Under the pieces are notes generated by a model that saw nothing but the letters and a program-made list of their open reading frames with translations, had not been told where the DNA came from and did not search any database. Source: a bacterium (GTDB taxonomy: Bacteria; Zhuqueibacterota; Zhuqueibacteria; Residuimicrobiales; Krinioviventaceae). Taken from it: DNA of 64,000 nucleotides. Shown here piece by piece: positions 1 to 9,426 of the stretch. Location of the stretch: assembly GCA_963674595.2 (NCBI GenBank), contig CAXXFV010000016.1, positions 192,001 to 256,000 of the forward strand. The letters are read 5' to 3'. The translations under genes were made by a program, and so were the position numbers. Every line of letters starts with the position of its first letter. The stretch's first letter is position 1.

Positions 1-2
1 TT

Positions 3-554
3 ATTATGAGCCTTTTGACACTACAATCAAGAAATATTGCCGATCCGACAATACTTGATCTTTTTAGTGAAAGCCGGAACCGAATTTTTTCCATGGCCCT
101 GGTTCATGAAAAGTTATATGAATCCAGTGATCTGGCTAAAATTCAATTTGGTGAATATATCAGGACAATGGCACATGAATTATTTTCTACTTATAATGTG
201 ACGGGAAAATGTCAATTAGAATTAGATATGGAAGATGTTGAATTAGGTATTGATAAAGCAATTCCGTGTGCTTTAATTGTTAACGAACTGATGACAAATG
301 CCTTAAAATATGCTTATCCGGGTAACAAAAAAGGCAAGATTTTAGTCTGTTTGAAAAAATTATCGAATGGTAAATTAATGCTTGTTGTTTCCGATAAAGG
401 CGTTGGTCTCCCCGATGGGTTTGATATAAATCTGGTCAAATCTCTTGGAATGCAGTTGATTAAGGTTTTATCAAGACAGATTGATGGTGATTTAGCCTGG
501 AATGGTAAAAAAGGCACCGAATTTAAAATAGAATTTTCAAGCGAGTTTGATTAG
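3..554 (+). CDS. Sensor histidine kinase, HisKA_2/HWE-type, C-terminal part (5'-truncated by the window edge)
   Basis: SLLTLQ...SRNRIFSMALVHEKLY helix, N box NELMTNALKYAY, G1 box DKGVGLP, G2 box SLGMQLI; the frame is open to the window start. Confidence 0.9.
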   Translation: MMSLLTLQSRNIADPTILDLFSESRNRIFSMALVHEKLYESSDLAKIQFGEYIRTMAHELFSTYNVTGKCQLELDMEDVELGIDKAIPCALIVNELMTNALKYAYPGNKKGKILVCLKKLSNGKLMLVVSDKGVGLPDGFDINLVKSLGMQLIKVLSRQIDGDLAWNGKKGTEFKIEFSSEFD

Positions 555-563
555 GAGAATTTT

Positions 564-3500
564 TTATTCTGAAACAGCCTTTGATGGCCATAAAACGAGT
601 TTATGTCCGGAAATTTCATATCCTTCATTTTCAAAAACAGGGGCCCAGGCTGATTGGCCGGCAGGAATATTATCGATAGATAAAATTTCTATCTTGTTTT
701 TCGGCCTTAGCTGAAAAGGCAATTTTAGCCATTGTTTGATCATTTGTGCTGTTATTTGAACCAGCTCATCGGAAAAATATTCTGTTGTATAAATTCGTGA
801 ACTCTGGTTTTCAAGATAGACAACAGGTTTGTTGTTGAAAAATAACAGATGATTGTTAGCTGTTTTAACGACAGAAATGTGTTCCTGATTTTTATTTTTC
901 AAATTCCACGGGATATACCCTCCAAAAGGTAATGCCGGATCGCAAACTGAAATTAAAAGCGGAGCGTTTTCTGTTATAGTTACATCCTCTTGAATGTGCT
1001 CCAACATTTTTAATGCATCCGGCAGAGCAAACTGAATGCCGCCCAGTTCTTTAATGAAATAACCTCTTTTAATTTCTCCCGACCATTCCATTTTTTTCAA
1101 GGCTTGAAAAATTTTATACCAGGGTAAAAGCCCCTGTTCATGTCTGTAAAATTCTTTTACAAGAATTCCATACCGTTTTAATAATATTCTGGCCTGTTGT
1201 TCTACCTGTTCTGTTTCAGTTATCAATTTTCCGAAAACAGCAAAGGACGTTGTCGTAAACCACTGTCCATTGAGCGTCAATTGACTTTCTTTCAGTAACG
1301 GGCGGTTTTTTCGTGCAATTCGCCGGTTTGAGTGATACCCGATTCGTGCCGGATTTAGTTCTTTATGCCAGGATGACTCTATTGATTTTGATTGCCTGGT
1401 TGTTACCGGTTTGTATTCCAGAATTTTTTTATATGTAGTAAAAGAATCACAACTGACAAGTCCTTTTTTTACTAGTTGTGACAGGCTAAATTGAATCTGA
1501 AGCGGTGTCAGAGACGTACCCTGTACAATATCTCTTACCGGACTGGTTCCGTTTTCCTGTAAAAAGGAAAACACTGTTTTTGTGTTTTCATCCAGGGTGT
1601 TTACAACCTGCATCAGGGTTTCTTTGTTTATAAAACAGGCGCCTTGCCCTCGTTCGAAAAATTTGAAACAGGGTAACTCTTTTTGATTGTTATAATCTCC
1701 GGTGATGATTATGTCGCCGTTTTTTATCAATTCGGATAACCGGTCATCATTTGATCTGTTTTGTGTTCTGGAACCAATGATTTCTCTTTCAAAAAAATCA
1801 AGAGGTGCCAGGTATCCTGCATATCTGCTGATAATCTCGAACAGATTTTCATTTTTACTATAGAATCGGTGCCGGTTCAAAAGGAACGAGTAAAAAACTG
1901 TTCGGTCGGCTGGTTGGGCAAAATGGCGCTGTTCTGCAATGGACTGACGGTACAAGACACCAAAATTAAATCTGTCGCAATAGTGTTCATCCAAACTGTT
2001 TTTTAAAAGAGTGCCGTATACTATTTTTTCATCCTGATGCAGAGTGTCCAGCGCGTTTTTTATCAAGTTTTTATCCAGCGGCAGAGCTGCTGTTATTTGC
2101 TCAAAGGTTTGCGGACCGTGTGACCGTAGATGCTTTTGTGTTATTGATTTTATGTTTTCGGGAGAAAACGGAGCAATATACAGATTGCGTTCTTCTGTTA
2201 TGACCCAGCCCTGAAATTCGGTTTTTATATAATGAATTCGGTTTTGCTTTTGTAATGTTTGTAACCATAATTCCGGGTCACTCGCCGACCTTTGTTGTAA
2301 TTCAACAGCTTCAATCGGCCCCGTTTTTTCGATAATGTCATACAGTTCCTGTGGATTTTTTGCCTTATATTCAGGGGCTAAAAATTGCCATTTATCCAGA
2401 GATTTTTTTATTTGTTTTTCCGTAATCATGGCCGGAACAGATTCGCGGGATAGAACGTGGGCCAGCATGTCATCATTTATTTCAGCCGCTAAACCCGGCG
2501 TTCGTAAACGGTCTTCTTCATACATGTGCTGGGACAAAAACCGGAAAAGAACACCGGAAGCCATAGGTGATGGCGATGGCGTTTGGATACTGGTTATTTT
2601 GATGGAATTATTGTGGATACCCTCAATAGCTTTTTCAAGTGACACCATATCAAAAACATCCTGAAGGCAATCACGATAGGTTTCGATGAGAATCGGGAAA
2701 TCCGGGTATTTTTGCACTGTTTGTAACAGGTCCGCTGATCTTAAACGCTGAAGCCATAATGGAATACGTTTGCCGATTCTCGATCGCTGTAGTAAAAAGG
2801 CCCGGGTCGCATTTTGACGGAACCGAACTGAAAACAGGGTCGAGTTTGTCAGCACATGTGTTAACTTTATTTTTATTTCACTGAATGGCAAATGAACCAG
2901 GTTTTCGATATCCTGAATTGAAACTTTATCCGGTACCCGGAACAGTAAGGCGTCATTGTCATAAGTAAATTGGATCTGTTCATTAAACTGGTCTTCCATT
3001 ATTGCCGCCAAAGCTGTAGCCCAGGCACCATTTACTTTCCCGCCGAACGTGGTGTGAATGACGAGATGTGGCTCGTTTGTTACATCCTGAAAATATTCGA
3101 TAACAATTTGCTGGTCAGTTGGTAATACACCGGTATGTTTGATTTGTCTGTTAAGATAAGCATAAAGATTCAAGGCAACAGTTTGGTCTGCATGAAATCC
3201 GGAAATAAATGCTGTTTCTTTGCTGTCTAAAAAGGGCAATATTTTTCTGCGAAACCGGCCTGTTTTTATACAAGTCGAATAGTCCTGAAAAGCGGGTTCG
3301 GCTTTCCAGAAAGGCGCACGCGGTCGTTCCGAACTGCGTGGCGTTACAATTATCCGGTCTTGTTTAATTTCTTTGATTTGCCATTCGTTATTACCTAAAA
3401 AGAATATGTCACCGGGTTTGGATTCAAAAACAAACTCTTCTTCCATATCGCCAAGCCGGCGATTTTCCTCCTGAAGATACACGCCGTAATAGGCCCTGTC

Positions 3501-5054
3501 GGCTATCGTGCCGCCGTTCATCACAGATAGCAGCTTTGTACCTCGTTTGGCATAAAGAACATCGTTTATCTTGTCCCAGCTTAATCTGGGTTGCAGGGCA
3601 CGTAATTCGGTTTCTGCATATTTCCCTGTCAGCATTTCAAGGATATTGTTGAACACATTTTCCGAAAGATCACGGTAACAATAACTACTACGGACCAGAT
3701 GAAATAAACCTGGCCGGGAACAGGGCTGCATGCTTGTTTCGGCAGCAATTTGTTGCGAAAGAACATCCAGACAATTTTGGGGAATATGGGTTTCTTCAAT
3801 GTCATTCTTATAGATACTTTGGGTGATGGCAACCGCATCGTCAATATCAGAAGAATAGAGCGGAATAATTCGTCCTTTACTCGTGGAATGGAGTAAATGA
3901 CCGCTGCGGCCGATTCGTTGCAAGGCTGAACTGACGGTTTTCGGCGCCTCCAGATTAATCACAAGGTCAATGCTGCCGATATCAATTCCAAGTTCCAGTG
4001 AGGCGGTCGCAATAGCGGCGGGTATTTTTCCGTTTTTTAGTTTATTTTCTATTTCATAGCGGCTTTCACGTGAAATGGAGCCATGATGCGCCAGGGCGAT
4101 GATCTCTTCTTTATTACCTGTCATTTCAAAATGATGTTCGTTTAGCTGGCGTGCAATTTTTTCTGCCTGAGCACGCATATTAACAAAAACAAGTGTTGTT
4201 TTATGCGTTGTGATATGTTTGTAAAGTGTTTCAATAACAGCAGGCCAAACAGTTGCCTCCGGCAGATCGCTAAAGTCCTGGATGGGTGATATAACTTTTA
4301 CATCCATGTTTCTTCGGTAACCGCAGTCAACAATTTTAACCGGTCTGGGACTTGGTTCTGAATTTTTATCTGAAAAGGATTGACCTCCCAAAAAGGAGGC
4401 TATTCGTTCCAGAGGGCGTTGTGTTGCTGAAAGACCGATTCTGACAGGTGGATTTTTGCAAAGCCCCTCTAAACGTTCCAGGGATAAACTTAGATGCACC
4501 CCGCGTTTGTTGTTACATACGGCATGAATTTCGTCAAGAATGACATATTGAAGGTTTTGAAATAACAATCTGCCCTTGACCGAGGTTAACAGCAAATACA
4601 AAGACTCTGGTGTTGTAATTAAAATATGAGGGGGTTTACGAATCATCGCCTGACGGACATTAGACGGAGTATCTCCTGTTCGAACCGCTGTTCGAATTTC
4701 CGGTATGTCCTGGCCCATCTCCGTTGCTGTTTGTCGAATTCCTTTAAGCGGTGTTTGTAAATTATAATGGATATCGTTATTCAGGGCTTTTAATGGAGAA
4801 ATATACAGTGTGTGAACACCGTTGTGGTTTTTTTCAAAGGTGTTTTTTTCTGTTTCCAGGGCGGTGCATACCAGTTTGTTTATACACCATAAAAAGGCTG
4901 CCAGCGTTTTTCCCGAACCTGTTGGTGCGAAAATTAAACAGTGCTGACCAGCCGCAATAACCGGCCAGCCTTTTTGTTGCGGTGGACTGGATTGTGTAAA
5001 GTGTGATGTAAACCACCGTGAAACTAACGGGTGGAATTTTTTATCGGTCGGCAT
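564..5054 (-). CDS. lhr: Lhr-family SF2 DNA helicase, long form with C-terminal winged-helix region
   Basis: APTGSGKT, YISPLKALNNDI, TTPESL, DEIH, GLSAT, HHGS, ATASLELGIDIG, QRIGRSGH, GGTIADR; C-terminal LLKRYGILVKE and RGYFIKELGGIQFALP match long Lhr. Confidence 0.92.
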   Translation of the reverse strand: MPTDKKFHPLVSRWFTSHFTQSSPPQQKGWPVIAAGQHCLIFAPTGSGKTLAAFLWCINKLVCTALETEKNTFEKNHNGVHTLYISPLKALNNDIHYNLQTPLKGIRQTATEMGQDIPEIRTAVRTGDTPSNVRQAMIRKPPHILITTPESLYLLLTSVKGRLLFQNLQYVILDEIHAVCNNKRGVHLSLSLERLEGLCKNPPVRIGLSATQRPLERIASFLGGQSFSDKNSEPSPRPVKIVDCGYRRNMDVKVISPIQDFSDLPEATVWPAVIETLYKHITTHKTTLVFVNMRAQAEKIARQLNEHHFEMTGNKEEIIALAHHGSISRESRYEIENKLKNGKIPAAIATASLELGIDIGSIDLVINLEAPKTVSSALQRIGRSGHLLHSTSKGRIIPLYSSDIDDAVAITQSIYKNDIEETHIPQNCLDVLSQQIAAETSMQPCSRPGLFHLVRSSYCYRDLSENVFNNILEMLTGKYAETELRALQPRLSWDKINDVLYAKRGTKLLSVMNGGTIADRAYYGVYLQEENRRLGDMEEEFVFESKPGDIFFLGNNEWQIKEIKQDRIIVTPRSSERPRAPFWKAEPAFQDYSTCIKTGRFRRKILPFLDSKETAFISGFHADQTVALNLYAYLNRQIKHTGVLPTDQQIVIEYFQDVTNEPHLVIHTTFGGKVNGAWATALAAIMEDQFNEQIQFTYDNDALLFRVPDKVSIQDIENLVHLPFSEIKIKLTHVLTNSTLFSVRFRQNATRAFLLQRSRIGKRIPLWLQRLRSADLLQTVQKYPDFPILIETYRDCLQDVFDMVSLEKAIEGIHNNSIKITSIQTPSPSPMASGVLFRFLSQHMYEEDRLRTPGLAAEINDDMLAHVLSRESVPAMITEKQIKKSLDKWQFLAPEYKAKNPQELYDIIEKTGPIEAVELQQRSASDPELWLQTLQKQNRIHYIKTEFQGWVITEERNLYIAPFSPENIKSITQKHLRSHGPQTFEQITAALPLDKNLIKNALDTLHQDEKIVYGTLLKNSLDEHYCDRFNFGVLYRQSIAEQRHFAQPADRTVFYSFLLNRHRFYSKNENLFEIISRYAGYLAPLDFFEREIIGSRTQNRSNDDRLSELIKNGDIIITGDYNNQKELPCFKFFERGQGACFINKETLMQVVNTLDENTKTVFSFLQENGTSPVRDIVQGTSLTPLQIQFSLSQLVKKGLVSCDSFTTYKKILEYKPVTTRQSKSIESSWHKELNPARIGYHSNRRIARKNRPLLKESQLTLNGQWFTTTSFAVFGKLITETEQVEQQARILLKRYGILVKEFYRHEQGLLPWYKIFQALKKMEWSGEIKRGYFIKELGGIQFALPDALKMLEHIQEDVTITENAPLLISVCDPALPFGGYIPWNLKNKNQEHISVVKTANNHLLFFNNKPVVYLENQSSRIYTTEYFSDELVQITAQMIKQWLKLPFQLRPKNKIEILSIDNIPAGQSAWAPVFENEGYEISGHKLVLWPSKAVSE

Positions 5055-5111
5055 ATCTGGAATCCGGATGTTTTTTCAAGATGTGAAATTGTAATTCCCA
5101 AAAAATACACA

Positions 5112-5762
5112 TCAGGGGGTTGTCCAGGAAACCTGATCTGATGTAATATACCCATGATTGGTGATTTTTACATTATGATCATATCCAACAACAACGGTAT
5201 CACTGTCAGATGCTACATAATAAGTTTCTGTTTGAAAAAATGAAGATAATGATGAATCATTTGCCAACGAAACCATTTCAAGGCCTGTTATCCAGGCGTC
5301 TACCTTCTCCGCTTGTCCTTCATGAGACACCTGTATGACAGAACCGATTTGTACCGTATTTCCGCCATAAGCCGGGAAAAAGAGAGTTTGGCTGCCATTC
5401 AGATTCGGACTTTCAATGGAAAGTTCCCGAATAACGAGCAGATGTAACGTCTCATCCATATTAATTTCTACATCTTTAATATAGGATAATTTTCTTGTTT
5501 CAGTATTAAAAGTATAGGCATAGTTCGGATTGCTGAGTTGTAATTCCGGCAGCAGCGTGGAATCTCCTTTAATTACTTTGCCGATGCTGTTTTGATTTAT
5601 TTCTACAAAAACAAACCGGGCACTTTTTTCAGGTTGAACGATAGGCCCAAATTCACATCCGGATAAAAGAATAAATAACATCAGTAAAAACAGGTTTTTT
5701 TTGAACAGCATAAGCATCCTCTGGTTTGTTTTTGAAAGTATTAACAATTTTTTGCGGATCAT
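5112..5762 (-). CDS. Hypothetical lipoprotein
   Basis: Basic N-terminus, hydrophobic stretch and lipobox LLSG-C; true start may be a downstream Met. Confidence 0.6.
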   Translation of the reverse strand: MIRKKLLILSKTNQRMLMLFKKNLFLLMLFILLSGCEFGPIVQPEKSARFVFVEINQNSIGKVIKGDSTLLPELQLSNPNYAYTFNTETRKLSYIKDVEINMDETLHLLVIRELSIESPNLNGSQTLFFPAYGGNTVQIGSVIQVSHEGQAEKVDAWITGLEMVSLANDSSLSSFFQTETYYVASDSDTVVVGYDHNVKITNHGYITSDQVSWTTP

Positions 5763-5779
5763 TTAAATTATAACGAGGC

Positions 5780-6298
5780 TTAAACATCTCTTTTTTCAAA
5801 TGTTCCTTTTTCTTTGTTTTTGTAAACCCCGGGCATTTGATGGACTTTACCGTGCATGGATATATAAATACCGGTGCTTAACAAGGTTGAAGCAAGAAGC
5901 GCTTCGGTAAAGTTTTGTAAAGCGTCTGAATTTTCAAAGCCAAAGGGTTTCATGGCGCCTGTCATAACTATGGGACTGGATAAACCTTCCAGATTATTAT
6001 ATAAATATTGTGCCGTCAATTCCATTGTATCTGTCCCGTGAAGTATGATAATCGGGACTTTGTTGTCTAAAAAATATTCAACACCCAAAAGGATCATCTG
6101 CCGGTCTTTATCCGTCATTTCTAATGAATCCTTGCACAGCAGATCATGGTGCTGAATTTGTAAATAGGGCAGACGTAATCTTTTCAACATTTCTTTTAAC
6201 TGAGAACCACGATTCGACAGTGTTCCGCTGTCTTCATCGTAGGTTTTTTCAATTGTCCCCCCGGTCGTCATAATTATTACTTTATGTTTTGTCATCAC
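5780..6298 (-). CDS. Short, single-domain L-asparaginase-family protein
   Basis: TGGTIEK, KDSLEM, HGTDTM, TGAMKP and SDALQN motifs; 172 aa with no C-terminal domain. Confidence 0.85.
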   Translation of the reverse strand: MMTKHKVIIMTTGGTIEKTYDEDSGTLSNRGSQLKEMLKRLRLPYLQIQHHDLLCKDSLEMTDKDRQMILLGVEYFLDNKVPIIILHGTDTMELTAQYLYNNLEGLSSPIVMTGAMKPFGFENSDALQNFTEALLASTLLSTGIYISMHGKVHQMPGVYKNKEKGTFEKRDV

Positions 6299-6424
6299 TC
6301 TATTTTAGTTAAATGTTTTTGTTTTAATTTAATTATCTAAACTGAAATAACAATAATTTTTTTTAAAAGCAACTTAATCATTGCGTGGGACGATTTTTTT
6401 ATATTAATTATAATTCAAGATTGT

Positions 6425-7099
6425 TTGAAAACAAAAAGGATCTTTATTATGTCATATATTCGTAACACTCTTTTTTTTTCAATTATTCTGAATCTTGCAT
6501 TTTTAACCTCGATTTTTGCTCAGACTTTAACAAATCAACCTGTCAACCTGTTTAACGGTCAGGACCTTGCCGGCTGGAATATATCTGATTTTGGAACACA
6601 GGGGCCTGTTTATGTTTCCAATGGAAAAATAATTCTTTCTGCCGGTGACGGGTGCACAGGTATTGCTTATAAACAAGATTTTCCGGTAAAAGAGTATGAA
6701 ATTTCATTACAGGCCATGAGACAGCAGGGGAGTGACTTTTTTTGCGGATTAACGTTTCCTGTTGAAAATAGTTTTTGTACTTTTATTGTAGGAGGCTGGG
6801 GCGGAACGGTTGTTGGTTTAAGCAGTCTGGATGGTTTGGATGCCTCTGATAATTTTACAGGGCGATTCAAAAAGTTTACCAACAATCAGTGGTACTCTAT
6901 CCGCGTGAGAGTATTAGAGAATAAAATTACCGCCTGGATAGATGATCAGGAATTTGTCGATGTGGAATATAAAAATTACAAATTATCCGTTCGTTCCGAA
7001 GTGCTGCTCTCCAGACCATTCGGAATTACCTCCTGGAAAACGACTGCGGCCTTACGTGATATCAAATTGACCATTTTAAATAAAGAACTAAAAGAGTAG
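6425..7099 (+). CDS. Secreted DUF1080 (3-keto-disaccharide hydrolase-like) protein
   Basis: Signal peptide ending IFA-Q; LFNGQDLAGW; GSDFFCGLTFPV; GGWGGTVVG; likely start ATG 6449. Confidence 0.8.
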   Translation: MKTKRIFIMSYIRNTLFFSIILNLAFLTSIFAQTLTNQPVNLFNGQDLAGWNISDFGTQGPVYVSNGKIILSAGDGCTGIAYKQDFPVKEYEISLQAMRQQGSDFFCGLTFPVENSFCTFIVGGWGGTVVGLSSLDGLDASDNFTGRFKKFTNNQWYSIRVRVLENKITAWIDDQEFVDVEYKNYKLSVRSEVLLSRPFGITSWKTTAALRDIKLTILNKELKE

Positions 7100-7103
7100 T
7101 ACC

Positions 7104-8468
7104 ATGTCTTTTGTATCCATAAATCCGGCGACCGGCAGAATTTCAAAATCCTATGAAACATTAACGTTATCCCAAATTGATACGACGTTAAATAAAGTGC
7201 ATCATGCCGGTTTGGAGTGGAAAAATACTTTATTCCCTCAACGCAGCAGGTATATGAATAACATTGCCGGAATTTTAAAAGACAGGGCTGATGAGTTGTC
7301 CCGCCTGATGGCGCAGGAAATGGGGAAACCTGTGGGTGAAGGACGAGCCGAAATACTCAAATGTGCCTGGGTTTGTGAATATTATGCAAACAACGCCGAA
7401 CAGTTTTTAAAAGACGAGATGATTGGGACAGACGCCCGTTCCAGTTATGTTCGTTTTGATCCATTAGGAACCATACTGGCTATTATGCCCTGGAATTTTC
7501 CCTTTTGGCAGGTGTTTCGATGTGCCGCCCCGGCGCTTATGGCCGGTAATACAATTGTATTAAAGCATGCTCTAAACGTCCCGGAATGTGCACTGGAAAT
7601 TGAGAAAATGTTTTTACAGGCCGGATTTCCTGACGCCTGTTTCAAATCCATGTTTGTGGAAAATAAAATCGTTGATTATATTATTCAAAATCCTGTCATC
7701 AAAGCTGTTACCTTAACGGGCAGCACCCGGGCTGGCAAATCTGTTGCTGCCAAAGCCGGATCACTGTTGAAAAAAACAGTTATGGAATTGGGCGGGAGTG
7801 ATCCGTATATTATTCTGGATGATGCAGACATAGAGTCTGCTGTGGAAATTTGTGTAAAAAGCCGAATGTTAAATTCCGGACAAAGCTGTATTGCCGCAAA
7901 ACGATTTATTGTTGATGACGCGATTAGAAATGATTTTAAAGAATTGTTTGTTGAGCGGATGAAAAAAATTAAAATGGGTGATCCATTTGATCCGGATGTG
8001 AATATAGGTCCTCTGGCACGTTTTGATCTGCGAGATGTGCTCGAATCCCAGGTTAAAAAGAGCATTGAAAAAGGTGCAAAATGTCTGTTAGGCGGTGTTG
8101 TTCCGAAAAGTGCCGGTGCCTATTATCCGCCTACAGTTTTGAACGATGTGGAAAAAGGAATGCCTGCTTTTGATCAGGAGTTGTTCGGCCCTGTGGCGGC
8201 ATTGATTTCTGCGGCTGATGAAACGGAAGCTGTTATAAAAGCAAATGATTCGGCTTATGGACTTGGTGCTGCTGTTTTTACCAAAGATATCGAACGAGCG
8301 GAATTGCTGGCGAAACAACTGGAAAGCGGATGTTGTTTTATTAATGATTTTGTTAAATCCGATCCCCGTTTACCCTTTGGCGGCGTTAAAGAAAGCGGGT
8401 ATGGACGGGAACTTTCGCATTATGGAATTAAAGAATTTGTGAATATAAAAACGGTATACGTTAAATAA
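7104..8468 (+). CDS. gabD: NAD(P)-dependent succinate-semialdehyde dehydrogenase (Sad/GabD-like aldehyde dehydrogenase)
   Basis: SINPATG, EMGKP, MPWNFPFWQ, LTGS, ELGGSD, NSGQSCIAAKR (catalytic Cys), ELFGPV, PFGGVKESGYGRELS. Confidence 0.85.
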   Translation: MSFVSINPATGRISKSYETLTLSQIDTTLNKVHHAGLEWKNTLFPQRSRYMNNIAGILKDRADELSRLMAQEMGKPVGEGRAEILKCAWVCEYYANNAEQFLKDEMIGTDARSSYVRFDPLGTILAIMPWNFPFWQVFRCAAPALMAGNTIVLKHALNVPECALEIEKMFLQAGFPDACFKSMFVENKIVDYIIQNPVIKAVTLTGSTRAGKSVAAKAGSLLKKTVMELGGSDPYIILDDADIESAVEICVKSRMLNSGQSCIAAKRFIVDDAIRNDFKELFVERMKKIKMGDPFDPDVNIGPLARFDLRDVLESQVKKSIEKGAKCLLGGVVPKSAGAYYPPTVLNDVEKGMPAFDQELFGPVAALISAADETEAVIKANDSAYGLGAAVFTKDIERAELLAKQLESGCCFINDFVKSDPRLPFGGVKESGYGRELSHYGIKEFVNIKTVYVK

Positions 8469-8493
8469 CTTTATGATTTTCAGGAGACAAATC

Positions 8494-9405
8494 ATGAACA
8501 GAAGAGATTTTTTTACAGCCGGACTTGTCGCCGGAACAGCAGCGGTAACCCTTTCACACAAAACTGCAAAGGCAGAAGAAATGGAAAAACATAATTTTAA
8601 ACTAAAATATGCCCCTCATTTCGGCATGTTTAAAAATCTTGCCGGGGAAGATTTGATTGATCAGATTAATTTTATGGCAGATGTTGGATTTCGTGCTATG
8701 GAAGATAACGGTATGAAAGGGCGCTCCATAGAAACGCAGGAAAAAATTGCCAGGGAAATGACAAAACGCAACATGGATATGGGAGTGTTTGTTGCCCATA
8801 AAATATACTGGAAAGAACCAAATCTGACCAGTGGTGACGTTGATAAACGCAACGAATTTTTAACACAAATCAAAGAATCTGTTGAGGTCGCAAAACGTGT
8901 CAATGCCAAATGGATGACGGTTGTACCCGGGCATGTGGATTTGCGTCTGCATATAGACTATCAGACGGCAAATGTTGTGGAAGCGCTCAGATATGCCAGC
9001 GACATTCTGGAGCCTCATGGTCTCGTTATGGTTTTAGAATCATTGAATTTTTATAATCACCCCGGGCTGTTTTTAAAGACAATACCACAAGCCTATAATA
9101 TATGTCGGGCTGTCAATAGTCCTGCCTGTAAAATATTGGATGATCTTTACCACATGCAAATTCAGGAAGGAAATTTGATCCCCAATATTGATATGGCCTG
9201 GGACGAAATTGGATATTTTCAGGTCGGTGATAACCCCGGACGTAAAGAACCGACTACCGGGGAAATTAATTATTTAAATGTTTTCAAACATATCTATGAA
9301 AAAAATCCGGAAATAATCATTGGTATGGAACACGGAAATTTTGCTCCCGGTAAAGAAGGTGAACTGGCGGTTATAAAAGCTTATGCGTCTGTGGACAATT
9401 TTTAA
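8494..9405 (+). CDS. Tat-exported hydroxypyruvate-isomerase-like / sugar phosphate isomerase-epimerase TIM-barrel protein
   Basis: GGAG RBS before MNRRDFF twin-arginine signal ending AKA; LESLN, DLYHMQ, QVGDNPGRKEP, GMEH metal-ligand motifs. Confidence 0.85.
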   Translation: MNRRDFFTAGLVAGTAAVTLSHKTAKAEEMEKHNFKLKYAPHFGMFKNLAGEDLIDQINFMADVGFRAMEDNGMKGRSIETQEKIAREMTKRNMDMGVFVAHKIYWKEPNLTSGDVDKRNEFLTQIKESVEVAKRVNAKWMTVVPGHVDLRLHIDYQTANVVEALRYASDILEPHGLVMVLESLNFYNHPGLFLKTIPQAYNICRAVNSPACKILDDLYHMQIQEGNLIPNIDMAWDEIGYFQVGDNPGRKEPTTGEINYLNVFKHIYEKNPEIIIGMEHGNFAPGKEGELAVIKAYASVDNF

Positions 9406-9426
9406 TATTTTTTGCCCCGCTGTTAT

